Assembly: GCA_044222185.1 (NCBI GenBank)
Contig: JBGANV010000002.1
Span: 384,001-448,000, forward strand
Direction of reading: 5' to 3'
Source: Planctomycetota bacterium
GTDB lineage: Bacteria > Planctomycetota > GCA-002687715 > CAIWVZ01
DNA length: 64,000 nt
The notes beneath the pieces are model-generated. The model had not been told where the DNA came from. It saw only the letters and a program-made list of their open reading frames with translations, and did no database searches. Below, piece by piece: positions 9,244 to 17,960 of this stretch (position 1 is its first letter; each line of letters opens with the position of its first letter). Position numbers and translations under genes: made by a program.

Positions 9244-10176
9244 TCACCGGTCAATTCGCCGGCCCCCGAGGGCTCTGGCAAGGTCGTCTCGAGCCTTCAC
9301 GGCGGCGCTCCGAATCTCCGACTTCCATTCGCCGGACGCTGGTGGCGACGCGCCCCATGGGAAAGTCACCGATCGACTCGCGTTGACCACGATTCCGAGG
9401 CCCTCCGCGTCAGCGCCGCGGACGACGTCGTCCGCAGTCGCTCCCTGAGCACCGTATCCGGGCACGAGGAACCAGGTGTGCGGCATGGCAGATCGGAGCT
9501 CCTCGAGCTGCCGCGGATGCGTGGCCCCGACCACTGCGCCGACGGCGCCGTAGCGACCGCCAGAGGTGGAAGCCGATGCCGCCTTCTCCACGTCCTGTGC
9601 GACGATCCGGTACAGAGGCAACTCGCCGACGAGGCGATCCTGATAATCGGCGGACGAAGGGTTGCTCGTCTTCACCAGAACGAAGACACCACCGCCATGG
9701 CGTGTCGCCTGGTCATAGAAAGGCTTGAGTCCGTCGATCCCGAGGTAGGGATTGACGGTCACGCAATCCGCCATCGGGGGTTTCCCTCCAACCGGAGCCA
9801 GGTACGCCCGCGCGTAGGCCTCGGCCGTCGTTCCGATGTCCCCTCTCTTGATGTCGGCAATCACGGGAAGGCCCAACTCCCGAGCCGCGCGGCAGACCCG
9901 CACGAACGCCACGTAACCATCCTCGAGCAAATCCTCGAAGAACGCCGCCTGCGGCTTCACGGCGATGCACGTCTCGGCGACCAGTTCCAGCACCGCGATG
10001 CTGAACTTCTCGAATGCGACCGCGACCTCCTTCGGCGAGAGGTTCTCGGTCGGAACATGCGCGGGAAGAAAGATCCGCGGGATGGACTCGCGGCGCGGGT
10101 CGAGACCCACGCACAGGACGCTGTCCTTCTTGCGGACGTTCGCAATCAGACGGGACGGGAAGTCTGGAGTGTTCAT
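9244..10176 (-). CDS. pyrF: Orotidine-5'-phosphate decarboxylase
   Basis: LCVGLDP, KPQAAFFE, DIKRGDIGTT, VNPYLG, LVKTSNP, GAVVGAT, LVPGYGAQG, NASR. Confidence 0.95.
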   Translation of the reverse strand: MNTPDFPSRLIANVRKKDSVLCVGLDPRRESIPRIFLPAHVPTENLSPKEVAVAFEKFSIAVLELVAETCIAVKPQAAFFEDLLEDGYVAFVRVCRAARELGLPVIADIKRGDIGTTAEAYARAYLAPVGGKPPMADCVTVNPYLGIDGLKPFYDQATRHGGGVFVLVKTSNPSSADYQDRLVGELPLYRIVAQDVEKAASASTSGGRYGAVGAVVGATHPRQLEELRSAMPHTWFLVPGYGAQGATADDVVRGADAEGLGIVVNASRSVTFPWGASPPASGEWKSEIRSAAVKARDDLARALGGRRIDR

Positions 10177-10766
10177 CAGAGGCTCAAGAATGCATCGATG
10201 AGATCCACTCCGCAATCCGTCATGAACGACTCCGGGTGGAACTGCAGGCCGAACGTCGGGTGATCCCGATGACGAAAGGACATCAGGAGGTCAGGGCGGC
10301 CCTCGACCCATGCGTCCGCCAGGAGGTCATCAGGCAACGACTCCCTCACGACGCAGAGTGAGTGATACCGCGCGACGATCGCGTCCTTGCCGACGTTCCG
10401 GAACAGACCTTCCCCCTTGTGTTCCAGCCGGGAAGTCTTGCCGTGTATCGGATCGACCATGGGTAGGACGCGACCTCCACGAACGTGTGCGATCGTCTGA
10501 TGTCCGAGGCAAACGCCGAGGAGTGGAAGTCTTCCGTCGAACCATCGGATGACCGACGGAACGCACGCGGTCGCCTCGGGTCCCTTCGGCCCGGGCGAGA
10601 TGACGAGGTGCGTCGGCTTCTCCGCCGTGATCCGCTCGACGGTCGACACGTCGTTTCGGATGACCGTCACCGCTGCGCCCCGCGAAGACAGCAGGTGCAC
10701 CAGATTCCAGGTGAAGGAATCGAAGTTGTCGATGAGTACGACCCGCGACGATCTCGTCGTCCTCAT
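10176..10766 (-). CDS. Anthranilate/aminodeoxychorismate synthase component II (TrpG/PabA glutamine amidotransferase)
   Basis: IDNFDSFTWNL, ISPGP, GVCLGHQ, RYHSL, QFHPES. Confidence 0.93.
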   Translation of the reverse strand: MRTTRSSRVVLIDNFDSFTWNLVHLLSSRGAAVTVIRNDVSTVERITAEKPTHLVISPGPKGPEATACVPSVIRWFDGRLPLLGVCLGHQTIAHVRGGRVLPMVDPIHGKTSRLEHKGEGLFRNVGKDAIVARYHSLCVVRESLPDDLLADAWVEGRPDLLMSFRHRDHPTFGLQFHPESFMTDCGVDLIDAFLSL

Positions 10767-11920
10767 GACGCCCGGTCCACCGCATCCAGGAACGGCATCA
10801 GTATGGAGTCCAGCAGCAGGACGCCTCGGTCCGTCAATGACAACCGACCCTCGCGGAGGATTGCATGACCGGCATCGATCAACCGCTCGACGTGTGTAGA
10901 GGCCAACGTTCGCGCGTCGAAACCGGTCGAAATGGCGAGTGCAGCCAGATCCACACCAACGCGCGTTCGAAGGCCCGTCGAGAGCGTTTCGATGAAATCA
11001 GCGCGCGGATCCAACACGTTCCGATCCTCCGACTGACGGATTCCAGCGCCGACGGCCGTGCTCCAGGAATCCAGCGTCGCGGGATTCTGCGAACGAATGA
11101 CGCCGGCGCGCTCGAAAGCTGCGGGCCCCAAACCAAAGTACGGCTCGTTGCGCCAATAGAACTGGTTGTGAATCGACTCGAAGCCAGCCTTGGCGAAGTT
11201 CGACACCTCATACCAGCGGATACCGCGCGACGAGCACTCGTCGATCGCTGCGAGGAACATCGCGGATGTGATTTCGTCGTCGGGCACCGTGATCCGGTTG
11301 CGGTCGAATGCCCTCTTGAAGGCGGTCTCTGGTTCGATCGTGAGGCAATACAAAGACAGATGCGGGACTTCGAGCGCAAGCGCGCGTCGCAGTTCCAAGC
11401 GCCATTCGTCTTCGGTCTGTCGAGGCAACCCGTACATCAGATCGATCGTGATGTTGCCGACTCCGAAAGCTCGCAACGTCGCGACGGCAGACTCGACCAT
11501 CGACGGAGAGTGGAGTCGGCCGAGCTGCCGCAGTCGAGCGGAGTCGAGGCTTTGAACCCCCAAGCTGACGCGATCCACGCCTTCGTCGCGAAGAGCCGCG
11601 CAGATCTCATCCGTGACGTCCTCCGGGTTGAGTTCGACCGTCCACTCACGAGTCGATTCGCTGCGGACACGCGTGCGGAGGAGGTGGAGCAACTCGAGAA
11701 ACCGCGCCGACGAAAGAGCGGATGGTGTCCCCCCTCCCACGTACAAGCTCTCGAGGTGACGCGGTGGACTGACTGACAGCAGCTCGAGTTCGCATCGGAT
11801 GCCGTCGAGAAAGCGCTTCTGGTTCTCGGCGTTCCGGTGCGGAGTGACGTCGAACGCGCAGTAGGGGCAGATGCGCCTGCAGAACGGGACGTGAAGGTAG
11901 AGAGCCCGCGGTTCCGCCAT
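10763..11920 (-). CDS. hemW: Radical SAM heme chaperone HemW (HemN-like)
   Basis: LYLHVPFCRRICPYCAF (CxxxCxxC), GGGTPS, ELNPE, RVSLGVQS, DLMYGLP, YEVSNFA, HNQFYW. Confidence 0.9.
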   Translation of the reverse strand: MAEPRALYLHVPFCRRICPYCAFDVTPHRNAENQKRFLDGIRCELELLSVSPPRHLESLYVGGGTPSALSSARFLELLHLLRTRVRSESTREWTVELNPEDVTDEICAALRDEGVDRVSLGVQSLDSARLRQLGRLHSPSMVESAVATLRAFGVGNITIDLMYGLPRQTEDEWRLELRRALALEVPHLSLYCLTIEPETAFKRAFDRNRITVPDDEITSAMFLAAIDECSSRGIRWYEVSNFAKAGFESIHNQFYWRNEPYFGLGPAAFERAGVIRSQNPATLDSWSTAVGAGIRQSEDRNVLDPRADFIETLSTGLRTRVGVDLAALAISTGFDARTLASTHVERLIDAGHAILREGRLSLTDRGVLLLDSILMPFLDAVDRAS

Positions 11921-12085
11921 GGTCACGACGATCGTCGGCGACTGTAGCAGCTGCAGCGCGCTGTGGAGCGGACGCCGAAGCGGCCGCCCTCGCTTCCCGA
12001 CCGCACAGGCATGAGAACGCTAGTGTCTGTTCATCACCGTCATCAGACACCGCGTTGCGTTGTGACTAGCCGACCGGGGAGAGTT

Positions 12086-12314
12086 GGAAACGCCTGCCAG
12101 GACGGACGTTTCGGCGCAGCCGGCGGAACTTTAAACACCAGGGAGGCTCGGAACCGGGCGTGGAGGGAACGGGCTTTCTCGACATCGAGGTCGAGCGAAG
12201 CCCAGGTTCCCAGACGAGAAGTGTGGTCACGAGACCCAGGATTCTCGATTGGACTGACCGTGCGTCCAGCGAATCGAACAGTCCCAACACCCACGATCTG
12301 GCCGCGGGCGCTCC
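12086..12314 (+). ncRNA. Candidate 6S-like RNA (long irregular hairpin with internal bubbles)
   Basis: Intergenic, with nested pairings visible by eye: CGCCTGC/GCGGGCG, GGACG/CGTCC, CTCG/CGAG, GGGAAC/GTTCCC, GGGCTT/AAGCCC, CTCGAC/GTCGAG. An A-rich unpaired stretch GAACTTTAAACACCAGGGAG resembles a 6S central bubble. Strand is inferred. Confidence 0.5.
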
Positions 12315-12363
12315 GCGACGACCAGATCTCATCGGGTGTTGCGTTGTGGAAAGGCGGGCAGGG

Positions 12364-13170
12364 TCAGCCGCTCAGGATCAGACTGAGCTTCCGAAGCGCT
12401 TCGTTCTCGATCTGCCGGACGCGTTCGCGGGTCAGGTCCACGCGTTGGCCGATCTCCTTGAGCGTCAAGGGTTCTTCCCCGCTGAGGCCGTAGCGGAGCT
12501 GGAGAATCGTGGACTCGCGCTCGTCCATGGTGGCGAGGAGCTCGCGGAGTTTCTCCAGCTGGTTTCGCTCGAGAATGATGGCTTCGGGCGAGGCCTGCCG
12601 GCGGTCCGTCAGCTGTTCACTCTCTCCCGATTCCCACTCGATCGGAACGGGCTGGCTGCTGCTGGAGGTGGTCTCGATCGCGCGTTGGATCGCTGGGATG
12701 TTCTTTCGCGGAACCTCCATGGCGTCGGCGAGCTCTTCCATGGACGGAGCCCGACCCAGGGTGTCCGACAGCGCGAGCTGTGCGGAATGGAGCCGCCCGA
12801 TGAGTTCGACCATGTAGGACGGGATCCGCACGGTCTTGGCGCTGTTGATGAGGCTTCTGCGGATCGACTGCTTGATCCACCAGGTGGCGTAGGTGGAGAA
12901 CCGGAAGCCGGCGTCCGGATCGAATTTCTCGACCGCCTTGAGCAGACCGAGATTCCCCTCCTCGATCAGATCCATGAAGCCGAGGCCGCGATTGACGTAG
13001 CGCTTCGCAATACTCACCACGAGCCGGAGGTTGGCGCAGATCATCTGCTCGCGCGCTTCCGGGTCGCCGTTGCGGATGCGCGTCGCGAGGGCGATTTCTT
13101 CGGCCGCGGACAGGAGATCGATCTCATTGATCTCGCTGAGATAGATGTCGAGCGTGCCTTCGGAAGCGAT
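12364..13170 (-). CDS. RNA polymerase sigma-70 factor, RpoD/RpoS-like, lacking region 1.1
   Basis: Region 2 NLRLVVSIAKRY...DLIEEGNLGL...FRFSTYATWWI and region 4 TLKEIG...TRERVRQIE. Region 1.2 (LDIYLSEINEIDLLSAAEEIAL) lies in frame upstream of the ORF-track ATG at 13044. Start proposed at ATC 13170; product confident, start tentative. Confidence 0.9.
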   Translation of the reverse strand: MASEGTLDIYLSEINEIDLLSAAEEIALATRIRNGDPEAREQMICANLRLVVSIAKRYVNRGLGFMDLIEEGNLGLLKAVEKFDPDAGFRFSTYATWWIKQSIRRSLINSAKTVRIPSYMVELIGRLHSAQLALSDTLGRAPSMEELADAMEVPRKNIPAIQRAIETTSSSSQPVPIEWESGESEQLTDRRQASPEAIILERNQLEKLRELLATMDERESTILQLRYGLSGEEPLTLKEIGQRVDLTRERVRQIENEALRKLSLILSG

Positions 13171-13224
13171 GACCGTCCCCTCCCAGCGAAGAGAATCCCC
13201 GAGGCTCGGGCGGGTGCGACCGGA

Positions 13225-14259
13225 TCAGCGTTTGCGCAGGCGACGGATGGCCGACCAGACGGTCCTGCCCATGATCCAAAGGTCGAGTCCAGGCGTCCAT
13301 GCGCGGATGTAGAGCCGGTCCAACGCGAGACGGCGGCGGATCGAGGTGTTCCCGATCATGCCGCTGACCTGCGCCAGACCCGTCAACCCGGCATGGACTG
13401 CGAGCCTCTCCCCGTACATCGGCACGTCTTTGGAGAAGACTTCAACGAATTCCGGGCGTTCGGGGCGCGGTCCCACGAAGCTCATGTCGCCGTTGAGGAT
13501 GTTCCAGAGCTGAGGGGTCTCATCCAGCCAGAACCGCCGAAGGAACCGACCGATTCGCGTGATCCGTGGGTCATCGTCCAGCGGCCAGACGGCCTTGTTC
13601 GCCGGCTCGGCGTCCCGAACCATCGACCGCAACTTCCAGATGCGAAACGGGCGCCCGCCGATCGTGAGGCGCACCTGGCTGTAGAACACGGGGCGTCCCC
13701 CCGTGAGCCAGACGACCAAGCTCAGCACGCCGATGAGGGGGATCACCAACGGAGCGAGAACGAGGCATCCGACGAGGTCGACCGTCCGTTTGGTCGCGCG
13801 CGCCATCGGATGGTCGAGCACGCACGCAGGCGCGGTGACGCGGCCCGGCTTGAGCGCCCGCAGAAGGAGTTGGCCCGGCAGCGGCGCGAGGACGAGGGCC
13901 ATGACCGTCCGCAGGTCGATCGCCTGATGCGTGGCGCAGCCGACGAGAAACACGATCGAACCAGCGATTGCGACCGCGAGGCACCAGGCGGAAACCAGAA
14001 CGCCCGGATGTCCGAGCGGTGGTCGCAGGCCCAGGCGCAGCCACGTCAGCGCCACGAGCCCGGCGATCACCGCGATCCAGCGATGATCACCGACCGCACC
14101 GCACCAGATGGCGGCAGCGTCGAGCAGAAGCGCGGGGACAAGCAGCGAGTGCAACGTCGTGCGGGAGATCTCTCCCCTTCTCCGTTCGGCGAGCCGCTTC
14201 CGCGACCGCTTGGGGCGGACTGTAACGGCCGAGTTTGCCTCGACAAACGGGCCGCGCAC
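13225..14259 (-). CDS. Bacterial sugar transferase (initiating polyprenyl-phosphate glycosylphosphotransferase, WcaJ/PglC-like)
   Basis: N-terminal TM helices, then KRTVDL, FYSQVR, KLRSM, DDDPRITRIGRFLRRFWLDETPQLWNILNGDMSFVGPRPE, GLTGLAQV. Start uncertain. Confidence 0.88.
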   Translation of the reverse strand: MRGPFVEANSAVTVRPKRSRKRLAERRRGEISRTTLHSLLVPALLLDAAAIWCGAVGDHRWIAVIAGLVALTWLRLGLRPPLGHPGVLVSAWCLAVAIAGSIVFLVGCATHQAIDLRTVMALVLAPLPGQLLLRALKPGRVTAPACVLDHPMARATKRTVDLVGCLVLAPLVIPLIGVLSLVVWLTGGRPVFYSQVRLTIGGRPFRIWKLRSMVRDAEPANKAVWPLDDDPRITRIGRFLRRFWLDETPQLWNILNGDMSFVGPRPERPEFVEVFSKDVPMYGERLAVHAGLTGLAQVSGMIGNTSIRRRLALDRLYIRAWTPGLDLWIMGRTVWSAIRRLRKR

Positions 14260-14370
14260 GCGCGTTGCCCTGCCATTCTCAGCGCGTATAGTCCGCGCGC
14301 TCTGCGCGGATGGTCGCTCGAGCCCGGGCCCAGGAACGTCGTTCGCGAGCGCCGCGCCAGACACACGACA

Positions 14371-15705
14371 ATGACACCGCACGACCGCGATCGTTCGCCG
14401 GCCTCGGAATCACTGGAAGAGGTGTTCTCGGAAGAGGAGTTTGCGCCGCTCCTCTGGGAACGGATCCAACCTCTCCTCCAGTTGTCGAACTACCTCCAGC
14501 TCGAAGCCGCGAAGGGGTTGACGAAGCGAGCCTTCTCCGCCGTCGAAGAGGCGGCGCACGACCTCGAGACCTACCTGGACGACTACAACGCCCGAACGAA
14601 CGTCACGTTCGCGCCGATCACCGAGTTCGTCGCCTGCGCCCGGGGGTTCGCGCGCATCGGCCACACCATTCGCCACATTCTTGGTCGATATCAGCAGTAT
14701 CGGCCGCAGCCCTTCGACGATAATGACCGCGCGTTCATGGCCGAGGCCGCTGCGGCATTGCATTTCGCTCAAACTTCGTTGCTCAAGCTCCTCGATGGGG
14801 TGGCGAACGAGGCGACGACCGTTTGCAAACGCTCTTCGCCGCAGACCGCAGAACCTGGACGAACTCTCAGCGACCGGCAACCGAAGTTCCGGCTTCCCGA
14901 CAACATCGACGACGCAGCAGTCGCCAACGATCGACAGCGTGTCGCGGAACTCGCGTCGTTGTATCTGGCGCACCGAGTCACGCTGGGTCGACTATTCGAC
15001 GGCCAGAAATTCTCCGACGTCGCTGCAATGCGCCGCTTCGTGCTCGACGTGGCCGACGAAGAGCAATGCCGGATATTCGAGGCGAAGATTCACAACCTTC
15101 AATCGCGATACGACACCTACATCAAGGGAACGGAGCTCGAGTCGAAAGACCCCGAGCTTCGATCGTTCCGCGGGCACGTCTCGATCACGTTGCACCTCCT
15201 CGAATCGATGACACATCTCGTGCACTTCTATGAACGCCACGAGAACGAGGTGCGCGCCGAGCGCGTCAAGCACCGCATCGCCGAATTGGTGAACAAAGAC
15301 GAGGTACTGGACCGGACGCTGAATTTCTGTCTTTATTACGCCAGTTACTTCATCGGATTGGGTGCGCCCTTGGCGGACAATCTGGTCCAGAGATACACGA
15401 GCCAGGACCGAATCACGCTGAAGTTGCCGGACGGAGTCGTCCTGCACGCTCGTCCCGTGGGGCTCATCACGCGCGTCGTCGCGCACCATGCCACACCGGT
15501 CAACATCACGATCGGGAAGACGACCGTGTACGCAGGATCGATCTTGAAGGTCCTGATGGTCGTCGGTGCCAACCCGGGTGTGCGCGAGATCGTGTTCGAA
15601 GGCGACAGACGCCCGCTCGCCGATCTCGAGCTGCTCTTCCACCACCGCTTGGGTGAGGACGGGGTCGGGCAGCTGCCGCCGACGCTGGCCTACCTCGCGC
15701 ACTGA
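14371..15705 (+). CDS. Large helical protein with C-terminal HPr-like phosphocarrier domain
   Basis: Real 3' part of the 1181-aa ORF, starting at ATG 14371. C-terminus has LHARPVGLI (His15 motif) and AGSILKVL (Ser46-like motif). Confidence 0.8.
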   Translation: MTPHDRDRSPASESLEEVFSEEEFAPLLWERIQPLLQLSNYLQLEAAKGLTKRAFSAVEEAAHDLETYLDDYNARTNVTFAPITEFVACARGFARIGHTIRHILGRYQQYRPQPFDDNDRAFMAEAAAALHFAQTSLLKLLDGVANEATTVCKRSSPQTAEPGRTLSDRQPKFRLPDNIDDAAVANDRQRVAELASLYLAHRVTLGRLFDGQKFSDVAAMRRFVLDVADEEQCRIFEAKIHNLQSRYDTYIKGTELESKDPELRSFRGHVSITLHLLESMTHLVHFYERHENEVRAERVKHRIAELVNKDEVLDRTLNFCLYYASYFIGLGAPLADNLVQRYTSQDRITLKLPDGVVLHARPVGLITRVVAHHATPVNITIGKTTVYAGSILKVLMVVGANPGVREIVFEGDRRPLADLELLFHHRLGEDGVGQLPPTLAYLAH

Positions 15706-15719
15706 AAGCCGGCGCGAGA

Positions 15720-16193
15720 ATGCTCCTCGGGGTCATCAGCGATACTCACGGGCTCCTTCCAACGAGCTTGCCAGAGGTGTTCGCTGGCGTCGACTACATC
15801 ATCCACTGCGGCGGAATCGGGGGAGCCGAGGTGGTCGACAGGCTTTCGACGTTCGGTCGCGTCACAGGAGTCGTCACGGATTCGGACGACGCCGCGCTGT
15901 TTCCGTTTGGTCGCACGCTGTTGCGACGGTGGCTCGGAATCCCGGTGCTTGCACTGGGAGGTGCCCTCGATCCGCGTGAGCTGTCGGTCGCCGCGCGTAC
16001 CGAGATCGAACGGAGCCGCGCGCGAGTGATCCTGTCCGGCGGTGGTCGCGCGCCGTGTTGCGCGGAGATGGATGGGCGCCTCTACTTCTGCCCGGGCATC
16101 GCGCGGCCGGGCCGACGCGGATCGCGTCCGACCGTCGGACTCGTGGAGATCACGGCGAAGAAGGTGCGCGCAGAAGTGATTGCGCTGGGCTGA
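15720..16193 (+). CDS. YfcE-like metallophosphoesterase-fold protein with degenerate active site
   Basis: LGVISDTHG and IIHCGGIG match motifs I/II, but GNxD, HG and GHTH are lost. Confidence 0.7.
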   Translation: MLLGVISDTHGLLPTSLPEVFAGVDYIIHCGGIGGAEVVDRLSTFGRVTGVVTDSDDAALFPFGRTLLRRWLGIPVLALGGALDPRELSVAARTEIERSRARVILSGGGRAPCCAEMDGRLYFCPGIARPGRRGSRPTVGLVEITAKKVRAEVIALG

Positions 16194-16208
16194 CCGCGCT
16201 GCCCGGAT

Positions 16209-16934
16209 TCAGCGTCCGAAGAGCAGCCGTTCCCCGAGGATGTCAGGCAATCCTGCGCGACGGATCTTCTCCGCAGTGCGCTTCGCGTCGTAGGCGACGC
16301 GGTGAAGCGCGTATTCGCGAGTTCGTGAATCGTAGACCGCGAACGCCGTCTTCGGATTGTCGTCGCGGGGCTGCCCCACGCTTCCCACGTTGATGAGTGC
16401 TCGTGCGTCCTTCGGAACCTGGAAGCTCGTGGAGAGCGTGTGCGTCACCGCCTCGCCCTTGATGAACGAGATCGGGATGTGTGAGTGGCCCATGAAGCAG
16501 ACGTTCGTCGACAGGGCTTCGAACGAGCGGTGGGCGTCGTAGTAGGTCTGGATGTAGTCGAAGAGCTCTGGCTGATCGCGCGTGGCGTGAACGACCTCCA
16601 GCTCGTCGTTGATCTCCAGGACCAAGGGGAGCTGTTCCAGGTAGAGGCGATCCGCAGGTTCGAGAATCGACCGCGTCCACTCGACGGCCTCGCGCGCGAA
16701 CGGGTTGAAGTAGGACGTGTCGAGCTTCCCAACGACCGCCCAGTCGTGGTTCCCGGAGACGACGAGGGCGCCGATCTCGCGCATCTTCTGGATGCAGGGG
16801 CCGGGGTCGGCGCCGTAGCCGACGATGTCACCAACCTGGAGGTAGACGTCGATTCCGGCAGGCCGCAGCACGTTGAGAGCTGCTTCGAGGGCCTCCAGGT
16901 TTCCGTGAATGTCTCCGAGGATCGCGTAACGCAA
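16209..16934 (-). CDS. Metallophosphoesterase family protein
   Basis: DIHGN, GDIVGYG, GNHD, VHAT, GHSH, NVGSVGQPRD. Confidence 0.92.
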   Translation of the reverse strand: MRYAILGDIHGNLEALEAALNVLRPAGIDVYLQVGDIVGYGADPGPCIQKMREIGALVVSGNHDWAVVGKLDTSYFNPFAREAVEWTRSILEPADRLYLEQLPLVLEINDELEVVHATRDQPELFDYIQTYYDAHRSFEALSTNVCFMGHSHIPISFIKGEAVTHTLSTSFQVPKDARALINVGSVGQPRDDNPKTAFAVYDSRTREYALHRVAYDAKRTAEKIRRAGLPDILGERLLFGR

Positions 16935-17006
16935 AGCGTTGTTTCTATCGGCTGACAGCGGAACAGATTCCGCGGCGGTCAGCAGTGGCCCCGGAAGCCG
17001 GGCAGT

Positions 17007-17747
17007 TTAGGAGGCGACCTCGGCCGGGTCAAACCAGCGTGGCCCGTTCTGTTGCAGGCGTGTTCGGATCAGGACGACGGCCAAAGCCAACGCTAAGCCC
17101 GCGTTCACGGCAAGCTGCGGGGCCGCCGCCCAGATCGCAGCGTCGCCTCGGAAGGTGGGCGTCGACAGGAGAGGGCCGAGGTTCGGGATCATCAACCAGG
17201 TCGCCGCGCGGGTGTGCTCCGAGATCGAGAACCACGCGGCCAGGACCATCCATGAGCCGACGGCCCAGGGAGCCCATCGCCCGCCAAGGAGCGACTGCCA
17301 AAGCGTTCCCCACGACGCGAGGATGAGACTCAACCAACCAACATGCGCCATCGTCGTTGCGAGAAACGAGCCGAACTCAATGTCAGATAATTGGTTGCGG
17401 AATACGATGTACTGAGCGGCGGCAAGTGCGAGGCCTGTGCCCACCGAGAGGAGTGTGGCCGCTCCGACGGTGGCGGTGGCGGGCCACCCGGCGTCCGCGG
17501 TCGACAACACGGGCGCGCGGATCGCGCGGCCGGAGCGGATGGCGAGCGTGAGCGCAGTCATCGAGATCTGGATCCCGACGAGTGCCCCCCCGAGGACTTC
17601 ACCGGTGGTCCAGAACGGCACCGGTGCGAGCCAGGCGAGCGCGGTGGCGATGGCAGTGATCAGCCAATGGGCCCGCCAGACCGGAGAGCGCAATTCGGCG
17701 CGGAGCGCTCCCCCACCGTAGGCCCGTATCGCAAGCAGGCGCGCCAT
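17007..17747 (-). CDS. Multi-pass membrane protein (possibly ABC-2 permease-like)
   Basis: About six hydrophobic segments; fills the gap upstream of the phosphoesterase; no diagnostic motif. Confidence 0.55.
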   Translation of the reverse strand: MARLLAIRAYGGGALRAELRSPVWRAHWLITAIATALAWLAPVPFWTTGEVLGGALVGIQISMTALTLAIRSGRAIRAPVLSTADAGWPATATVGAATLLSVGTGLALAAAQYIVFRNQLSDIEFGSFLATTMAHVGWLSLILASWGTLWQSLLGGRWAPWAVGSWMVLAAWFSISEHTRAATWLMIPNLGPLLSTPTFRGDAAIWAAAPQLAVNAGLALALAVVLIRTRLQQNGPRWFDPAEVAS

Positions 17748-17786
17748 CAGATGCGTGTCCGTCTCACGGGTGCGTTCGACTGCGAT

Positions 17787-17802
17787 TGTTTCACGTGGAA
17801 CA
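17787..17802. promoter_or_regulatory. parS: parS centromere-like site
   Basis: TGTTTCACGTGGAACA matches the B. subtilis-type parS consensus; about 160 bp upstream of parB. Confidence 0.93.
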
Positions 17803-17960
17803 TTCCCCCGGGTTGATCACAGTCGGCGGTGCATTAGGGTGCGCACCATGCGGCTGTGGAAATCCGTCGGCTCGGACTGTGCCCCCGGTTGCGCAATCGT
17901 GCAAGGCCGGAGTCGGACGCGGCGCCTCGCCGGACTCCACGCCGGATCGAGTGACCCACC

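Noticed and set aside
12160-14370. N-terminal part of the 1181-aa plus-strand ORF
   Set aside because: Antisense shadow of the sigma factor and sugar transferase genes; the real gene starts at ATG 14371.
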